From Squalus acanthias (taxonomy: Eukaryota): a stretch of DNA of 64,000 nucleotides. Below are positions 1-12,548 of the stretch, in pieces. The notes beneath the pieces were generated by a model. It saw nothing but the letters and a program-made list of their open reading frames with translations, made no database searches and had not been told where the DNA came from. How positions within the stretch are numbered: the first letter of the stretch is position 1; each line of letters begins with the position of its first letter. The stretch lies in NCBI GenBank assembly GCA_030390025.1, contig CM059432.1, positions 152,150,001 to 152,214,000 on the forward strand. The letters run 5' to 3'. The position numbers were made by a program, and so were the translations under genes.

Positions 1-243
1 ATCAGCCTACTGTGCCTGTGCTATTGCTTCAATTGCAGCAACCTACTGTAATCCTCTTCCCTTTATCCAACTGCCTTTGAAATCATGTTATATAGCTTGT
101 GAATAACTGGTTGTGGTAAAGCACAACATGTTTTAATAAGAGTGTTTGAAAGCACTTCTAACTTCCCCCTTCGTTCTTCTAGTGATAATCCTTCAAGTTT
201 GATATGCACTCGTGTGACAGCCGCTCACACTTGCATCTTTCAG

Positions 244-274
244 GAAAAGCTTCTGAGATGACGAGCTCTTGCAG
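244..274 (+). CDS. Candidate 31-nt micro-exon of an unidentified plus-strand gene
   Basis: Branch-like CTCAC, then ttgcatctttCAG acceptor and CAG|GTATGT donor. One frame is open (xGA-KASEMTSSC). No homolog recognised. Confidence 0.25.
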
Positions 275-1189
275 GTATGTATACATTGTGTTTGTCTTGG
301 CCAATAAATAAATAGGTACTTGCCGCCCCCTTCTGCTGCATCAGCCAAAGGGCCAGCTGGTGGTGAGTGTGCTCTCCAGGCAGCATTGATGTGTCCTGGA
401 ACGCCGAAACGGAAATAACGGTTCAAATTTGATTTGAGTGTCAAGGTCTTGTCAACTTTTGAGAAATATCTGGAGTTAAACTGGTTTACCCACAGTCTCT
501 AAAATAAACCAATCACCAAGGTCTGAACTGTGAAGAATATATTAGATGTCAGCAGTTCCATTGAGATAGCAAACCTAGGAACCAATTATACAACATAATA
601 TAATCTCTAACAGGCTGGACTAGCATGTAGATAGTTACTGTTCCATCCTTCTCCCTCATGACTTGGAAATGGAATGTGGGTTCCATTTTTGGATGGAAAA
701 AATAATTGACAGGACTAAGTGGAATTATAAATTGTTTGTACAGTAACTGAACCTAGTATATAATGGGAGGTCCAAGCATATGCATGCATCAGTACTGTGG
801 TACTCAGGGCTGTGGAGCAGTTTAATGTCCTCTCACTGCCCTTAACACCCCAAATACAACTGAATTTTGAGATGACGTGCTGTTGCGGCCTCTTTTATGC
901 TGATGTGTTCCTGGGGAGGACAATATCTGTAGGAAGGTTAACCAGAAGGATTCTGAAGCGGCGCATAGTTTTTGTGGGCTTCCAATTTTCTGCTCAGCAT
1001 GGTTGGATGCTGGGTGTGGGTATAATTTGTAGAAACATGCCCTTCTTGGCTGCAAACCCACCAACATTCCTAAGATGCATGGGGAGGGTGAAGATGTTAT
1101 GGAAACAAAGCTGCTTCATAGGTCAAATAGGGAAAATTCCTGTGCTACACATTAACTAAACTGCTCTTGCCCTGAACTAGAAAAGTTAA

Positions 1190-2320
1190 TTCACTTTACT
1201 TCCAATTTCCACCCTTCCCTCACCTTCACATGGTCCATCTCCGTGTCTTCATTTCTGACGATAGGCTATCGACAAACATCCACTACAAGCCCACTAACTC
1301 CCATAGCTACCTAGACTCCGCTTCCTGTAAGGACTATTCCATTCTCCCAGTTTCTCCATCTCCGCCGCGTCTGTTCGGACGATGCCACCTTCCATACCAG
1401 TGCTTCTGACATGTCTTCCTTTTTCCTCAGCCGAGGATTCCCCTCTACTGTGGTTGACATGGCCCTTGACCATGTCCGTTCCATTTCCCGCACTTCTGCT
1501 CTCACCCCTACCCCACCCTCCCAGAACCACAATAGGGTTCCCCTTGTCCTCGCCTTTCATCCCACCAGCCTCCACATTCAACGGGCCATTTCCGCCACCT
1601 CCGTGATACCACCAAACGCATCTTCCCCTCACCTCCCCTTTCAGCATTCCGAAGGAACCGCTCCCTCCGCGACACCCTGGTTTACCCCTAACAGCCTTCG
1701 CCCGGCACCTTCCCGTGCAAGCACAGGAGATGCAATACCTACCCTTTTACCTCCTCCCTTCCCACTGTCCAGGGCCCCAAACACCCCTTCCAGGTGAAAC
1801 AGCGATTTATTGTTTTCGCTGCTCATGATGCAGTCTCCTCTACATTGGGGAGACCAAACGCAGATTAGGCGACCGCTTTGTGGAACACCTCTGTTCAGTC
1901 CGTAAGGGTGATCTGAGCTTCCGGTCGCCTGTCACTTTAATTCTCCGCTTCACTCCCACTCTGATCTCTCGGCCTCTTACACTGTTCCAACGAAGCTCAA
2001 CATAAGCTCGAGGAACAGCACCTCATCTTTCGATTAGGCACTTTACAGCCTTCTGGACTCAACATTGAGTTCAACAATTTCAGGCTATGCCCCTATTCTT
2101 CAGGCTGTATGATTTTGCCATCCCCATTTGCAACATTTTATCTTTCCTGCCTCCTAACTTAGTACAGAATATTCCTGCCTCTGCACCTGCTTAAAATCTG
2201 TAACATCTCCAGCTTTTTCCAGTTCTGATGAAGGGTCCCAGACCTGAAACGTTGACTCTGTTTCTCTCTCCACGGATGCTGCCTGGCCTGCTGAGTGTTT
2301 CCAGCAGTTTGTTATTTTAA
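1190..2320 (+). mobile_element. Penelope-like element (family 1), degenerate 3' part: RT thumb, GIY-YIG endonuclease and pseudo-LTR
   Basis: Frameshifted homolog of the 3501-4208 ORF (RVPLVLAFHPTSLHIQR; YIGETKRRLGDRF; LQPSGLNIEFNNFR). The 3' end matches the pLTR at 4299-4400. Confidence 0.85.
2221..2257 (+). ncRNA. Minimal type I hammerhead ribozyme motif (PLE family 1)
   Basis: agtt-CTGATGA-ag-ggtc/cca/gacc-t-GAAA-cg-TT-gact: conserved core, stem II, and stem I agtt/gact with one G-U pair. Confidence 0.75.
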
Positions 2321-3181
2321 ATGTTTTTAAACATTGACTTAAGTGGCTGTACCTTTCAAATGATTGCCTTGGCTATGGGATGGAGGAATAGCCCAGAGAT
2401 GTCAGGCAACATAGGGTCTAATGAGAGGGAGGAACTGAATGAAATCAGTATTTGTAGGGAAATGGTGTTAGGGAAATTGACGGCATTAAAGGCCGGTAAA
2501 TCCCCAGGGCCTGATAATCTACATCCTTGGGTACTTTAAGGAAGTGGCCCTAGAAATAGTAGATGCATTGCTGGTCATCTTCCAAAATTCTATTAACTCT
2601 GGAACAGTTCCCATGGATTGGAGGGTAGCTAATGTAACCCCACTATTCAAAAAAGGTGGTAGAGAGAAAACGGGGAATTATAGACCGGTAAGCCTGACAT
2701 CGGTAGTCGGGAAAATGCTAGAGTCCATTATAAAAGATGTAATAGCAGAGCACTTGGAAAACAGTGACAGGATCGGACAAAGTCAACATGGATTTACAAA
2801 AGGTAAATCGTGCTTGACTAATCTACTGGAATTTTTTGAGGATGTAACTGGTAGAATAGATAAGGGAGAACCAGTGGATGTGGTGTATTTGGACTTTCAG
2901 ACAGCCCCGCATAAGAGATTAGCATGTAAAGTTAAGGCACATGGGATTGGGGGCAAGGTACCGACTTGGATAGAGAACTGGTTGGAATAAACGGGTCTTT
3001 TTTCGAGTGGCAGGCAGTGACTAGTGGGGTTCCGCAGGGATCGATCCTAGGACCCCAGCTATTCACTATCTATATATATTTTACTGATCTAGACGAGGGA
3101 ACTAGATGTAATATCTCCAAAATAACAGAAAACGCTGGAAAAACTCAGCAGGCCAGGCAGCATCCGTGGAGAGAGAAAGAG

Positions 3182-3218
3182 AGTTAACGTTTCAGGTCGA
3201 TGACCTTTCATCAGAACT
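3182..3218 (-). ncRNA. Minimal type I hammerhead ribozyme motif (PLE family 1)
   Basis: Reverse complement reads agtt-CTGATGA-a-aggtc/atc/gacct-GAAA-cg-TT-aact. Confidence 0.8.
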
Positions 3219-3500
3219 GGGAAGAGCCGGAAATCAAATAGATTTAAGGCCAGGGTAAAGCTGGGAAAAGGGGGAGGGGATAAAGGAACAAAGGTGGAGA
3301 TGAAGAGACATTAAGAGACATTAAGAGATATGCAAGGCTAGAGGTGGTGTTAATGTGACAGATTAAGGCTGAATGAAGTGTGAAATCCACTGGCAGAATG
3401 AAGGACAGCTGCCAGCTTCTAGGAGGAAAAAAAAGGTGGGGGGGGGGGGGACAAATAAAAGGGTGGATAAAATAAAATATAAATGTGATTGGAGCTGAGG

Positions 3501-4208
3501 TTATGATCTAAAATTGTTGAACTCGATATTGAGTCCAGAGGGCTGTAGCGTGCCTAAACGAAAGATGAGGTGCTGTTCCTCGAGCTTACGCTGAGCTTCC
3601 GTGGAACAGTGTAATAGGCCGAGGACGGTGAGGTCAGAGTGGGAGTGAAGCGGTGAATTAAAGTGACAGGCCACCGGGAGCTCGGGGTCCCCCTTACGGA
3701 CTGAACGGAGGTGTTCCGCAAAGCGGTCACCCAATCTGCGTTTGGTCTCCCCAATGTAGAGGAGTCCACATCGTGAGCAGCGAATACAGTATACTAAATT
3801 GCAGGAAGTACAAGTAAATCGCTGTTTCACCTGGAAGGGGTGTTTGGGGCCCTGGACAGTGGGAAGAGGGGAGGTATAAGGGCATGTGTTGCATCTCCTG
3901 CGCGTGCACGGGAAGGTGCCGGGCGAAGGGGAAGGGGTGCTGGGGGTGGTAGAGGAGTGGACTAGGGTGTCGCGGAGGGAGCGGTCCCTACGGAATGCTG
4001 AAAGGGGAGGTGAGGGGAAGATGTGTTTGGTGGTGGGATCACGCTGGAGGTGGCGGAAATGGCGGAGGATGATCCGTTGAATGTGGAGGCTGGTGGGGTG
4101 AAAGATGAGGACAAGGGGAACCCTATCGTGGTTCCGGGAGGGAGGGGCAGGGGTGAGGGCAGATGTGCGGGAGATAGAACGGACACGGTCGAGGGCCGTG
4201 TCGACCAC
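3501..4208 (-). pseudogene. C-terminal GIY-YIG endonuclease portion of the Penelope ORF (open frame, 5'-truncated)
   Basis: CTRRRCNTC linker, then NLVYCIRCSRCGLLYIGETKRRLGDRFAEH ... EQHLIFRLGTLQPSGLN. Confidence 0.9.
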
Positions 4209-4298
4209 AGCCTTGCATATCTCTTAATGTCTCTTAATGTTTGTTCCTTTTCCCAGCTTTACCCTGGCCTTAAATCTATTTGATTTCCGGCTCTTCCC

Positions 4299-4335
4299 AG
4301 TTCTGATGAAAGGTCATCGACCTGAAACGTTAACT
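4299..4335 (+). ncRNA. Minimal type I hammerhead ribozyme motif in the inverted pLTR
   Basis: agtt-CTGATGA-a-aggtc/atc/gacct-GAAA-cg-TT-aact. Confidence 0.8.
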
Positions 4336-6384
4336 CTCTTTCTCTCTCCACGGATGCTGCCTGGCCTGCTGAGTTTTTCCAGCGTTTTCTGTTGTTATTT
4401 CGGATTTCCAGCATCCGCAGTATTTTGCTATCGTGTTGTAATATCTCCAAGTTTGCAGATGACACAAAGCTGGGTGGGCGTGTGTGCTGCGAGGAGGATG
4501 CCGAGAAACTCCAGTATGATTTGGACAGGTTGGGTGATTGGGCAGAAGCATTATAATGTGGATAAATGCGAGGTTATCCACTTTGGTGGCAAAAACAGAA
4601 AGGCAGTAGATTGGGAGAAGGGGAAGTGTAACGAGACCTGGGTGTCCTTGTGCACCAGTCGCTGAAGGTAAGCATGCAGGTACAGCAGGCGGTTAAGGCG
4701 GCAAATGGTATGTTGACCTTCGTAGCGAGAGGGTTTGAGTACAGGATGTCTTGCTGCAGCTGTACAGGGCCTTGGTGAGACCACATCTTGAGTATTGTGT
4801 GCAGTTTTGGTCGTCTTATCTGAGGAAGGATGTTCTTGCCATGGAGGGTGTGCAGCGAAGATTCACCAGACTGATACCTGGGATGGCAGGAATGACGTAC
4901 GAGGAGAGATTGGGCTTATACGCGCTGGAGTTTAGAAGAATGAGAGGGGATCTCATTGAAACTTATAAAATTCTAACAGGACTAGACAGACTGGATGCAG
5001 GAAGGATGTTCCCGATGGCAGGGGAGTCCAGAACAAGAGGTCACAGTCTAAGGATAAGGGGTAAGCCATTTAGGACAGAGATGAGGAGGAATTTCTTCAC
5101 CCAGAGAGTGGTGAACCTGTGGCATTTTCTACCACAGAAGGCAGTTGAGGCCAAGTCAGTAAATATATTCAAGAAGGAGATAGATATATTTCTTAAGGCT
5201 AAAGGGATCAAGGGATATGGGGAGAAGGCAGGTACTGAGTTTGGATGATCAGCCATGATCTCATCGAATGGCAGAGCAGGCTCGAGGGGCCGAATGGCCT
5301 GCTCCTATCTTCTATACACAAAACTAATCTGAGAAACCTCAATTGTCCATGAGTGATGGCAACAGGATGATGTGCAAAATCAGCCAAAATAATATTCTGA
5401 ATGGTTTAAAGTAGGAGATTGCTGTTTACATCTAAGTGTTAAAAATGACCAGGCAAAAATCCATTTGATCTGGAATGAGTGTGTGCACTGCACCATCAAA
5501 ACCAAACACACTGGGGCTCCCTGTTTACACTGCCAATTCCAAGTGAGATGACCAAGGTGGAGTCATTGTACCATATCATTTTTCACAAAACTACTAAAAC
5601 TTTGGGTATTTACTGTTTTAAACTAAGGTGAATCATTCTGTAAATCAAGTATTGAACTCCCAGTTAATTGTGTAATTTTTTTTTCTTGTAAATAAATCTT
5701 AGTATTGGCTTGAATGCATCAATCTGACAGTGGTTCCCCACCTTTTGGAGTGGACAGGAGCGCATGCTATCTGCAGTGTGTAATTTAGTCTTGTGACATG
5801 CTACCTGATTCACACCAGTGATGCACATCTCATTTCAGAAGGAACTTGGCTTATGGAAACTGCTTTTTTTTTTACACTTGTGAATCTTAACTTGGATTTT
5901 GAGCTGCACATTCTGCTGCATCCTGAAACTTGAAGTGTTTTTTTTATTCTGCAATCACCACCTTTAAAAATAAATCCTTGTTGAGCTACAGTCCTGTGCC
6001 TTTTCCACCTCACTCAATCTTTCTAAAATATACCCTATTCCAATTTGTTGCCCATATTTTTATACTGTTTCCCTTTCTACTTGGACCTCAAATGGGATTG
6101 TATTATGGTCACTGCTCCATTTTCCTTACCTACATTTAGCTCAACTGCCTGATCAATTCCTGTTGTGGGCATACAAATATACTGTATGAGGAAGGTCTTC
6201 TGGACAGATTTTAGGAATTCCATTCTTAAAGATGCTTGCCTCTTGTTCTTTTAAAAAAATGCAAATTTGTGATATTGCTATCCAAGTTACTCAGGGCAAA
6301 CTCCATTCTCTTCTGATGGTGCTGTGGAATCTTTCAGTGGCTCAACTGGGCCTTAAACAGGACTTCGGTTTATTGTATCCGAAA

Positions 6385-6497
6385 GAGAAAATACTCCTTC
6401 AATACTATATTGAAGTGCCTGATTGTGCTCAAGTCCTGGAAGTAGGGCTTGAACCCACAACCTTCTAATTCTGAGGCAAGTGTACTACCACCTGAGC
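6385..6497 (-). mobile_element. Old tRNA-derived SINE head (SacSINE1/DeuSINE-like)
   Basis: Reverse complement gctcaggtggtagtacacttgcctcagaattagaaggttgtgggttcaagccc has degenerate A and B boxes. Confidence 0.5.
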
Positions 6498-6618
6498 AAA
6501 GCTGCCATGAAAACCTTTCGACTTCAGCCAAACTGTTAAATACAAATGTGAAGCACAAGGAAAACCTCAATTTGAATGAGTACAGTATTAAATATAAATA
6601 TTGCATATGTATTTTTAG

Positions 6619-6890
6619 ATCTGTAAATGGAAACCTCAAATAATCTAGTGATGGTTGTGAACCAATAGTCTGTGTATGGCTGGAGCTGCACGATTGAGTT
6701 GTTGTACAAGATTTGCATGAGGACCATTGCTTTTGGCTTTCATATTGGGTCACTTGGCATTGCTGGTGAAAGGAAGGGCTGGTGTCAGGCACAGCCTTGT
6801 GCTGGGAGTCTGGAATGACAAATGCCAGCCCAGGTCTTTAATACTTTTGTAAAGTTTATGACTTGTAATAAAGATGTAAGAAGTTCAAAA
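6619..6890 (+). other. Candidate terminal exon of the same unidentified plus-strand gene
   Basis: gtatttttAG acceptor at 6617-6618. Joined to 244-274 it reads RSVNGNLK then TAA (6641-6643). AATAAA at 6867-6872. Confidence 0.2.
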
Positions 6891-8516
6891 TGATTGCACA
6901 CCTTGGTGATTTTGATGAACCACTGTAATCATGTGGAATGCACACTCTACACTTGCTAAAATACTTCCAACAGCAAGAGTAAATCTTGTTAATTTGTGGA
7001 CCCTTCTTTACTCACATTGACTTAAAAAATCAAAATACTGCAGCTGCTGGAGATCAAAACACACTGGAAAAACTCGAAGTCACACAGCAGCTGTCCAGAG
7101 AACACAAGTTAACGCTTTGCATCCTGAACCTTTTCCCATTGTTTGAAGTTTGCTCCTATGTAATGACTAATCTCCAGCTCTTGTGTTTGGTCTTAATTGA
7201 TGAATGTTCTATGATCAGACCATTAATTTTTTCCTTTGTGTATGCAAGAGTGAAAAGGCACCAAGAATGCAGATAAAAAGGTCATCAGGCTTAATTAGTA
7301 CTTCTACTTATTAGACAGTACAACCTTGTGCACCACCCTCCCTAACCCCTAGTTATACTTGGTAGAGGGGCATCATTAATTCTCTCGATTCATAATGAGT
7401 ACAACAAATGGAAAATTGTTAATTTAATAGGTTGCAATCTCAATGTACAGTGAAACCTGTAAATTACATATATACCTTAGGGACATGCTGGGTAAAGAGT
7501 TCCTCATTCCACAAAAGCAGTTTCTTTCACAAAACCAGCTGACGGTCACTGACCTCAAGATTTTGGGGGCAGTAAGGAAGCAAGCTGCAAGGGGAAGCGC
7601 TAGTGATCCTGACTCAAAGTTCCAGATACAGCAGCTTTGCAACAGGCTGTGTTGTAAATGACTGTGTGTAGTTCGTAATTTGAGAATGTCTGTGGTTTCA
7701 GAGTGCCTCTTGTATATTTTACAATGCAAGTTATTTGGGTGTCTTATTTGGAAGTGTGCTTTCAAGTCATTACAATGTGGTTCTAATGCATATCTCTTCT
7801 CACATTTTCCTGTATCTTTGTGCAGGCCATTTTATTTTTGTAAAATAAATTCATGTAGGAGCCCTGGTTTATCTCATTTGGACCTACTTGTGGTGTTAAC
7901 CACTGTTCTTCAATAACACACTATCACTTCACAACAATGTCACAAGAGGGTAAAGACGCTGGCTGGAATTTCTCACCTATTAAAATGAACAGGTAGAAAA
8001 GCTCCAGGCTGGTGAACACCGAAGCGGAAAATCCTGTCTACTCTCCTTTTGGAAGTTCAAATTGCAAAAGTCTTCAGTGTAGGGTTTGCTTACCTTCTGT
8101 GCTGCATACATGGCTGTGTTCTGGATTCCCTGCACCGTTCTTGAGGCAGAAGAGAAAATGATAACAGGCATTTTACACACAATTTTAACCATTTGCTTCA
8201 TGGAACAGGCAGAGTATGAGCTTTAAATGGAGACACTCAATTCAATCCATAACATGGGAAGACCACACCAAAGTACATTTCTTCTATTTAACCTTCACAT
8301 ACAGTAGGATGCCAAAATAGTATAGAAAACAAAAGGCAACTCTGGTTTAAAGTTAGGAACACAAGCACTAAAATGGTCAGGAAGAGGTGGCATGACACTG
8401 ACTTTCACTGACTAGGCTGACCAAATGTACCGCTTAAGGTATCAATAAAATGTGAACAACGCTGAATATTCCTCGCGTTTGGATTTGTTTGATTTTGTGT
8501 TCCGCTTGTAGGAGCA

Positions 8517-9655
8517 TAAGAATTAGGAGCAGGAGTAGGCCATATGGCCACTCGAGCCTGCTCCGCCATTCAATAAGATCATAGCTGATCTTCAACCACT
8601 TTCCCGCCCGAGCTTCATATCCCTTGATTCCCCTAGAGTCCAAAAATAAAATCTATATCTCAGCCTTGAATATACTCAACGACTTGAGCATCCACAGCCC
8701 TTTGGGGTAGAGAATACCAAAGATTCACAACCCTCAGTGAAGAAACTCCTCCTCATCTCAGTCCCAAATGGCCAACTCCTTATCCTGAGACTAAGCCCCC
8801 TAGTTCTAGACTCTCCAGCAGGTGAAACAACCTCTCAGCATCTACCCTGACAATCTCCCTCAGAATCTTATGTATCATTGATATCACCTCTCATTCTTCT
8901 AAACTCCAGAGTATAGGCCCAATCTACTCAAAGGACAATCCAGTGAACCTTCATTGCACCGCCTCTAAAGGCAAGTATGACCTTCCTCAGATAAGGAGCT
9001 CAAAACTGCACAATGCTCTAGGTGTGGTCTCACCAAAGCCCTGTACAATTGTAGTAAGACTCTTGTACTCCAACCCCCTTGTAATAAAGGCCAATGTGCT
9101 ATTTGCCTTCCTAATTGTTTGCTGTACCTGCATGCTAACTTTGCGTTTCCTGCACGAAAACACCTAAATCTCTCTGAACACCAACATTTAATAGTTTCTC
9201 GCCATTTAAAAAATATTTTGTTTTTCTATTCTTCCTACCAAAAAGTGAATAATCTCACATTTCCCCACATTATTCTCCATCTGCCACCTTATTGCCCACT
9301 CACTTGACCTGTCTATATCCCTTTGCAGGCTCCTTGTGTCCTCCTGACAGCTTACTTTCCCATTTAGCTTTGTATCATCAGCAAACTTGGATACATTACA
9401 CTCGGTCCCTTCATCGAAGTCATTAATATAGATTGTAAATAGCTGAGGCCCAAGCACTGATCCTTGCGGCACCCCACTAGTTACAGCCTGCCAACCTGAA
9501 AATGACCTGTTTATCCCAACTCTCTTCTGTCCGTTAACCAATCCTGTATCCATGCTACTATATTACCCCCAATCCCATGAGCCCTCATCTTGCACAACAA
9601 CCTTTTATGTGGCACCTTATCAAATGCCTTTTGGAAATCCAAATATACTACATCC
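8517..9655 (-). mobile_element. 5'-truncated degenerate CR1 LINE
   Basis: The ORF at 9206-9553 carries [13 protein letters not shown] and FADD. CR1 tail near 8517-8600. Confidence 0.9.
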
Positions 9656-10319
9656 TGTAGAGCTGGATAATAAGAAGGGTCTTAAAGGTGGAGGGAGAGA
9701 TACAAAACGGGCTGCCAACTTGCTATCACCTGTTTTATACTATTGCACCTATCGAGATCTACCCCATTGAGTCTGGAAATGACAAAGGCATGAACAAGGG
9801 TTTCAGCAATGAATGGGTTGAGGTAGGAGGCAAAGGATAATGGACAATATATCCACTATTCAATAGTTACAATTAACATTTGACATTGCAATATTTTAAA
9901 TATTGGTTTTGCAGCTTCTATTGATGAGAATAAATTTCAGAGCTGTTTAATCATTTGATTGATTAACATATGGTAGTGATTATTTAGTCCCATGATATTC
10001 TCTCTTCAAACACCAAGCTACACTATGCAACAGTCTGTCCAAGAAATAAACAGAAAATGCTGTAGTTGAAACAGAAAAAACAGGTTAAGGTTTTGGGTAT
10101 AGGCCCCTTTAATCAGGAGTTACTCAACCTGCAATATTTACCCATTGCCAGCATTTTTATTTCAGCTTTACAGTGCTTTCTCTTCAGCTCAATTTTTCCA
10201 AGCTGGAGTTTTATAAGTCTAGTTTGTGTTACTTTCTGGAGCAATGGCTCTAGGATTAGAAATATACAACTTCAAAAGAGGATCGATACTCACACCTCAC
10301 CTCTTCCCATCCCAGACCA

Positions 10320-12548
10320 ATGTAATATTTTATTATTGAATAGTCACAGCTTATATTTAACCTCCTACTAAAAATGGCGTAAGGACTGTGAACATTTAAA
10401 AAAAATCATCACTTGTATCATGAATTGCATCAGTGTGGTATTTGTTTATAGACTGAATAAAGTCATGGAAGCTGTGAGTTAAGTAGATTTTCTGAGTCTC
10501 AACCTGTGGTAAAGAACCTGGCCTGCCACGAGCACAGATTAGAAAATCAAATGCAATGCACCTGCAATTTTCTGATCTGCACACCATTTTAGCCACATGC
10601 ACTACGCATTTTAGTAGAAAACACCTTACATGCACACACAATACAGCTAAATGTACTTCATGTGTATATTTACTTAAACATCTACCACTATTTGGTAACC
10701 AAGGAAGTAAAGCACTCACAAATGATCAAAAAACACTCGCACACTCTGCTTTTCATCTTACCATTTTACCAACAAACCCACAAGATGGTTGAAGTTCACA
10801 TGCATACGCTGTGCAATGAGTATTGAGATCACATGCTCAGTGCCTCGTTCTCTTTATTTACTAATCAGAACTGCAATTAGCCACACCTGGATTCCCAATT
10901 AACCAGATGTGGCTAGTGGCTAACTTATTGAACACTAATAATTAAACCAATTACCAAAAATAAATCCTGTAAATCTAACAAAGTGCACAAAACATTTGAT
11001 TGAACAACAATTTTGCTGCAGGTATACAAATTAATGAAAACATAGCAATCTAAAAATGCATGATAGTTAATGATACAGTACAAGAAAGTTAAATTTATAT
11101 TTTTGATTACATTAGAACTGGAATGTCACTCATACTGTATATACACTCAGATTAAATATTGATATCAAACCTGTTGTTATCCTATGTCATTAACATTGCA
11201 GTTATTCGTGTAGTAGCCACATCCATAATTAAAACTTTTTAAAAAAAGATGCAATTTAACTCCATTCTTAGATTTTAAGTTATTAGTTCCCTTGAAGGTT
11301 ATAATAAATTTAAATTTGGATTTCCATCAGGTTTGATGATTTGCTGAATTTCATTGCAGAGAAATGCTAGACAAGGAAACTGTAATTATCATTTTATTCC
11401 GTTTTTTAAAATTACATTTTAGTGGTATGATTGTAAAAGACTTACAGTAAAGTTATAAACACAATTGATAAGAATCAAGTTTTCTGTGTCAAATTCTAAT
11501 TTGTACATTATTCATATTTTGGACATATATTTTCTGTCTTTTCACCAGAAGATTTAAAACAAAAAGGTCCTTTTCCCCCCCCCAGGTAAATTTGAATGAA
11601 ATAAATTCTGATCTGATTTGGTCGGGTCTTAATGTGAATTTACTACTGCTGTAGAAAGACTTGCAAGGTGCCCCTCTGCAAAAATGGACAGAAAACAGAA
11701 ACATTCTCTGACCAGTGTATATATAGCCTTTTATTCTTAATCCCAAAATTACACTTTTACTGGGATATGCAGATGAAGTTTTAAAATCGGCTTTAATCTT
11801 AGAAACAATCATGCCTTATTCATAGTCAGATCAAGTTAAATATCACAAGCCACTTTAGATACACAATAGATTATGTTTTCACAGAAAAGTACTACTGATT
11901 TGTATCCCGCTCAAACAAGATGTCCAGCACATATAGTCATCAAATCAAGTAAAATGTATTGAAAATGTCTGACCTAATGTAAAAAGTGCAGTTTCATTAA
12001 TATATCAACCTAACTGCTGCCAAACAAAGATCTTTCCTTTAATATCACAGCTACATGTATAGAAATAAAAGAATGATCCCAAACTTTACACCTTTCAATA
12101 GGCTTGGGGCCCATTAACCAATTTGGCTTTGTCAGCTACATGCATATTTTCAAATGCCCGACATTAAATGCAATTGGTTAGTGAAGCAGTCTGCACCATT
12201 ACTGAACACTGAATTCATCACATTATAGTCATCACTTAGAAGGTAACGGGCGTGGGGAGGGCAGGTGAGAGTTTGTAGGATTTGTATTGGACTTTAAATG
12301 GAAGCATTACCAATATGGATGGGGTTTTATTCTATACTCACAGACCCCAAACCCTCCCATGAATTCTTGGTCAAAATTTATACCGTTCTCCATTATCCTT
12401 GCTCTTTTCAGTAAGAATGACTTGGAGTTAGGTAATCAGGTTGTGTAGAGATTTCTCCCAAGAGCTTTACCCCAATTAGGAGTTTCAAGATCACCAGTGC
12501 AGGAACAACTCACTTTAACCCAGTATTTCTTTAACTCAAAGCCTCATG
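10320..12548 (-). other. FBXL2: Probable FBXL2 3' UTR (distal end uncertain)
   Basis: AT-rich, repeat-free sequence directly after the stop codon. Minus-strand AATAAA candidates near 10330, 10855 and 11395. Confidence 0.5.

Larger units (their letters stand above)
3121..4436 (-). mobile_element. Penelope-like element (family 1), 5'-truncated, with an inverted pLTR and a 14-bp target-site duplication
   Basis: TGTAATATCTCCAA occurs at 3107-3120 and 4437-4450. Segment 4210-4400 is an inverted copy of 3121-3340. Contains a GIY-YIG ORF. Confidence 0.9.
2375..5315 (+). mobile_element. 5'-truncated CR1 LINE (RT region and 3' UTR), interrupted by a Penelope insertion
   Basis: NYRPVSLTS, GVPQGS, FADD and RPHLEYCVQFW motifs; CR1 3' stem-loop tail near 5245-5315. 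Confidence 0.92.

Noticed and set aside
1..8500. UBP1 exons expected from human synteny
   Set aside because: No recognisable CP2-family coding sequence was found.
7025..10165. Further hammerhead-bearing pLTR remnants on the minus strand near 7025-7135 and 10045-10165
   Set aside because: Too decayed, and the catalytic cores are not intact.
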